Source of the DNA: Candidatus Magasanikiibacteriota bacterium
GTDB taxonomy: Bacteria > Patescibacteriota > Patescibacteriia > Magasanikbacterales > UBA922
Assembly (NCBI GenBank): GCA_003482855.1
Contig: DMXO01000005.1
Location: forward strand, 227,719 to 291,718
Direction: 5' to 3'
DNA: 64,000 bases
In this document: positions 61,183-64,000 of the stretch, piece after piece
Numbering within the stretch: the stretch's first letter is position 1
Layout of the letters: each line of letters starts with the position of its first letter
Position numbers and translations under genes: made by a program
Notes under the pieces: generated by a model
What the model was told of the DNA's origin: nothing
Databases searched by the model: none
What the model saw: the letters and a program-made list of their open reading frames with translations, nothing else

Positions 61183-61602
61183 ATGAAAAAAGTTTTGATT
61201 TTCGGCACATTTGATATAGTACATGCCGGCCATATTCATATGTTTAAGGAAGCAAGGGAATATGGTGACTGTCTTGTCGTCTCCGTGGCCAAAGACGTAA
61301 ATGCTGAAAAAATAAAAGGTAAAGCTCCGTTTTATAATGAGCATGAACGGGTTGATTTTTTGAAAAATATAAAAATTATTGATGAAGTGCTCATGGGTGA
61401 TGCGAATGATCCATACAAAAATATTAACACGGTCAAGCCTGATGTTATAGCCCTTGGCTACGATCAGAAAGTTTATGTTGATCATTTGGAAGATGCGATT
61501 ACCAACATGGGTTTAGAAATTCAAATAGTGCGTTTGGCTCCCTATTATGAAAAAAGATTCAAAAGTAAAAAATTAAAAAAATATATTGAACGTATAGTTT
61601 AG
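61183..61602 (+). CDS. Cytidylyltransferase-family protein, RibL-like FAD synthase
   Basis: 'GTFDIVHAGH' and 'PDVIALGYDQ'. Confidence 0.8.
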   Translation: MKKVLIFGTFDIVHAGHIHMFKEAREYGDCLVVSVAKDVNAEKIKGKAPFYNEHERVDFLKNIKIIDEVLMGDANDPYKNINTVKPDVIALGYDQKVYVDHLEDAITNMGLEIQIVRLAPYYEKRFKSKKLKKYIERIV

Positions 61603-61609
61603 ATCTACT

Positions 61610-62653
61610 ATGGAACAGCAAAAAATTTTGATTGCCACGACAAATAGAGGAAAATTTCATGAGATGAAAACATTCTTAGATGATCTTCCATTTGAATTTA
61701 TTTCACTTGATGATTTAAAGCACAAACCAAAAGAACCAGAAGAAAATGAAGGAACGATAGAAGGTAATGCTGCACTCAAGGCAAAATATTATGCAGAAAA
61801 GACAGGCTATATAGCACTTGCAGATGACGGGGGTCTTTTTATTGACATTCTAAATGGATGGCCTGGCGTTATAAGTGCTCGAGTTGGAGAAACTGATGAA
61901 GAAAGACGTTCTCATGTGCTTGAAAAAGTAAAAAATTTACCTGATGAACAATGTTCAGCTTCATTTCGGTTGGCTCTTGCGCTGTATGACCCACACAACA
62001 AAAGTCAGTTTCTTTGTCTAGGCGAGCGCGTAGGTAAAATTTTAAAAGAGGGAAGAAAAGGTCCAAGTGCCTGGGGTTATAATGAAATTTTTTATCTTGA
62101 AGATTTAAAAAAAACATATGGTGAGCTGACTCCGGAAGAAAAAAATGCAACAAGCCATCGCGGTAAAGCTTTGCAAAAGACAAAATATTTTTTACAAAAT
62201 AATTATGGAGCAAAACATATTGTTGTCGCTTTGCCCATTGTTATAAATAAAGGACAAATGCTCATCACTCTACGCAATGATCCACACAGACCTGAAGTAC
62301 ACAAAAAATGGGAATTCCCCGGTGGAATAATAGATTTTGGTGAAACAGGGGAAAGTACCTCAATAAAAGAAGTAAAGGAAGAAGCTGGATATGAAGTAGA
62401 CGTCATAAAGCAACTTTCCAAAATCAGCATAAAAGATCATCAATTTCCGCATTTTAGATATCAGGTATATCTCATTCCTTATGTCTGTAAACTTATTGGA
62501 GGAGATGGAAGGTTTAGCAAGACAGAAGTATTGGATGCCAAGTGGATTGATCTTGAGACACATCGTGACTATGATTTCTTGGATGGGGATAACGATTTTT
62601 TGGATGAAATTATGCCGGAATTAAAAGAAATAATCAAAATTCATAATCTATAA
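61610..62653 (+). CDS. rdgB: RdgB/Ham1 non-canonical NTP pyrophosphatase fused to a Nudix (MutT-like) domain
   Basis: 'ATTN.GK', 'ADDGGL', 'SHRGKA'; then 'WEFPGG..DFGET....IKEVKEEAG'. Confidence 0.9.
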   Translation: MEQQKILIATTNRGKFHEMKTFLDDLPFEFISLDDLKHKPKEPEENEGTIEGNAALKAKYYAEKTGYIALADDGGLFIDILNGWPGVISARVGETDEERRSHVLEKVKNLPDEQCSASFRLALALYDPHNKSQFLCLGERVGKILKEGRKGPSAWGYNEIFYLEDLKKTYGELTPEEKNATSHRGKALQKTKYFLQNNYGAKHIVVALPIVINKGQMLITLRNDPHRPEVHKKWEFPGGIIDFGETGESTSIKEVKEEAGYEVDVIKQLSKISIKDHQFPHFRYQVYLIPYVCKLIGGDGRFSKTEVLDAKWIDLETHRDYDFLDGDNDFLDEIMPELKEIIKIHNL

Positions 62654-62661
62654 ATACATGT

Positions 62662-63909
62662 ATGCTTGATATAAAATTTATCCGTGAAAATACAGACGCA
62701 ATAAAACAAAATTGCAGAAATAGAAATGTAAAAGTCGATGTAGACTTCTTGCTTGAGTTAGATGAAAGACGTCGCAACTTTCAACAACAGATAGATGCTC
62801 TACGTGCTGAACGAAACCATGTGAGCAAAGGAAAACCAAGTGAAGACGAGATCGGACATATGCGTGAAGTGGGAGAAAAAATAAAACAATTTGAAGAACA
62901 GCTAGAAAAAACTCAAATTGAATATAACGAATTACTATTACGTGTACCCAATCTTACACATCCAGATAGTCCCATTGGTGGGGAAGAAAATTTTAAAATA
63001 ATAGAAGAACGCGGAAAAAAGTCGACATTCAATTTTACCCCCAAAGATCATGAAGAAATAATGACTGATCTTGATCTCATAGATTTTGAACGCGGTGCAA
63101 AAGTGACGGGCAGTAAATTTTACTTTGTCAAAAATGATATGGTTCGTCTCAATCAAGCACTTCTGAACTATGGCATGGATATCGTAACGAGACGTGGTTT
63201 TACACTCATAGAAACACCGGATCTCGCCAAACATGAAATTCTTACGGGGGCAGGTTTTAATCCCCGAGGAGAAGAAAAACAAATTTATAATATTGAAAAT
63301 GAAAATATGAGCCTTGTTGGTACGGCCGAAATCACTATGCTTGGATATCATGCAAATGAAGTTCTCGATTTAAATGAAGGACCAAAAAAATATGTCGCGC
63401 TCTCACACTGTTTTCGTACTGAAGCAGGAAGTTACGGACGCACAAGTAAGGGATTATATCGCGTGCATCAATTCACGAAATTAGAGATGTTTATATTTTG
63501 CAAGCCAGAAGAAAGTGAAAAGATGCATGAAGAATTATTGAATATTGAAAAAGAAATTTGTGATGGATTGGGATTCAACTATCGTGTAATCGATATTGCT
63601 AGTGGCGATCTAGGAGGGCCAGCATACCGTAAGTATGATCTGGAAGCGTACATGGTTATGCAAGATGGCTTTGGTGAGATCACCAGTACCAGCAATTGTA
63701 CAGATTATCAGTCACGCCGACTTAATATAAAATACAAAACTGACGAAGGACAGAGTGAGTACGTGCATACGCTCAATGGTACAGCGATTGTACTGAGCCG
63801 TTTTCCAATCGCGATCATCGAACAATTCCAACAAGCAGATGGCACCATACAAATACCTGCTGTTTTACAAAAATTCATGGGGAAAAAATTAATCAAATTA
63901 CATGCATAA
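62662..63909 (+). CDS. serS: Serine--tRNA ligase
   Basis: MLDIK, GTAE, 'FRTEAG...GLYRVHQF.K.E', 'HTLNGT'. Confidence 0.98.
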   Translation: MLDIKFIRENTDAIKQNCRNRNVKVDVDFLLELDERRRNFQQQIDALRAERNHVSKGKPSEDEIGHMREVGEKIKQFEEQLEKTQIEYNELLLRVPNLTHPDSPIGGEENFKIIEERGKKSTFNFTPKDHEEIMTDLDLIDFERGAKVTGSKFYFVKNDMVRLNQALLNYGMDIVTRRGFTLIETPDLAKHEILTGAGFNPRGEEKQIYNIENENMSLVGTAEITMLGYHANEVLDLNEGPKKYVALSHCFRTEAGSYGRTSKGLYRVHQFTKLEMFIFCKPEESEKMHEELLNIEKEICDGLGFNYRVIDIASGDLGGPAYRKYDLEAYMVMQDGFGEITSTSNCTDYQSRRLNIKYKTDEGQSEYVHTLNGTAIVLSRFPIAIIEQFQQADGTIQIPAVLQKFMGKKLIKLHA

Positions 63910-64000
63910 ACCATTACTTATCATACTGCCTGGTTGGGGTGGCAATAGACTCACATGGAATGAATTTATTTGCAAAGCCGAAAAAAAATTTGATGTAGAA
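63902..64000 (+). CDS. Alpha/beta hydrolase, 5' fragment (runs off the window)
   Basis: MHKPLLIILPGWGGNRLTW..., resembling the oxyanion-strand (H/P)GWGG. Confidence 0.6.
   Translation, partial: MHKPLLIILPGWGGNRLTWNEFICKAEKKFDVE

Overview
Gene-dense, AT-rich bacterial chromosome segment using the standard genetic code (TGA is a stop). Gene content and style suggest a Patescibacteria/CPR (Parcubacteria-like, possibly Magasanikbacteria) genome; this assignment is inference. Core genes: ftsB, prsA, ftsEX, murE, fmt/def, rsmI, metG, tatD, a complete F0F1 ATP synthase operon, a UvrD-nuclease, proS, mreBCD-mrdA, greA, lysS and serS, plus four tRNAs (Gly-CCC, Thr-CGT, Gln-TTG, Lys-TTT) and surface-glycan genes. 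Main non-routine signals: (1) an integrase-less island between tRNA-Gln and tRNA-Lys built from repeated tRNA-3'-end copies, TGGCAAACT-bounded single-gene cassettes and a duplicated peptide-coding tail that may be a recombinase remnant; (2) 7-bp tandem repeats and small palindromes inserted both in frame in core genes and between genes; (3) an adjacent translin/TRAX-like and stand-alone EF-Tu-domain-II gene pair; (4) an unannotated 47-aa, 12-Cys metallothionein-like gene next to Cys-rich lipoproteins; (5) LysRS-HD, RdgB-Nudix and MEMO-CapA fusions. No CRISPR array, rRNA, transposase, integrase or reverse transcriptase was seen. All family calls come from motif recognition by eye, not database searches.
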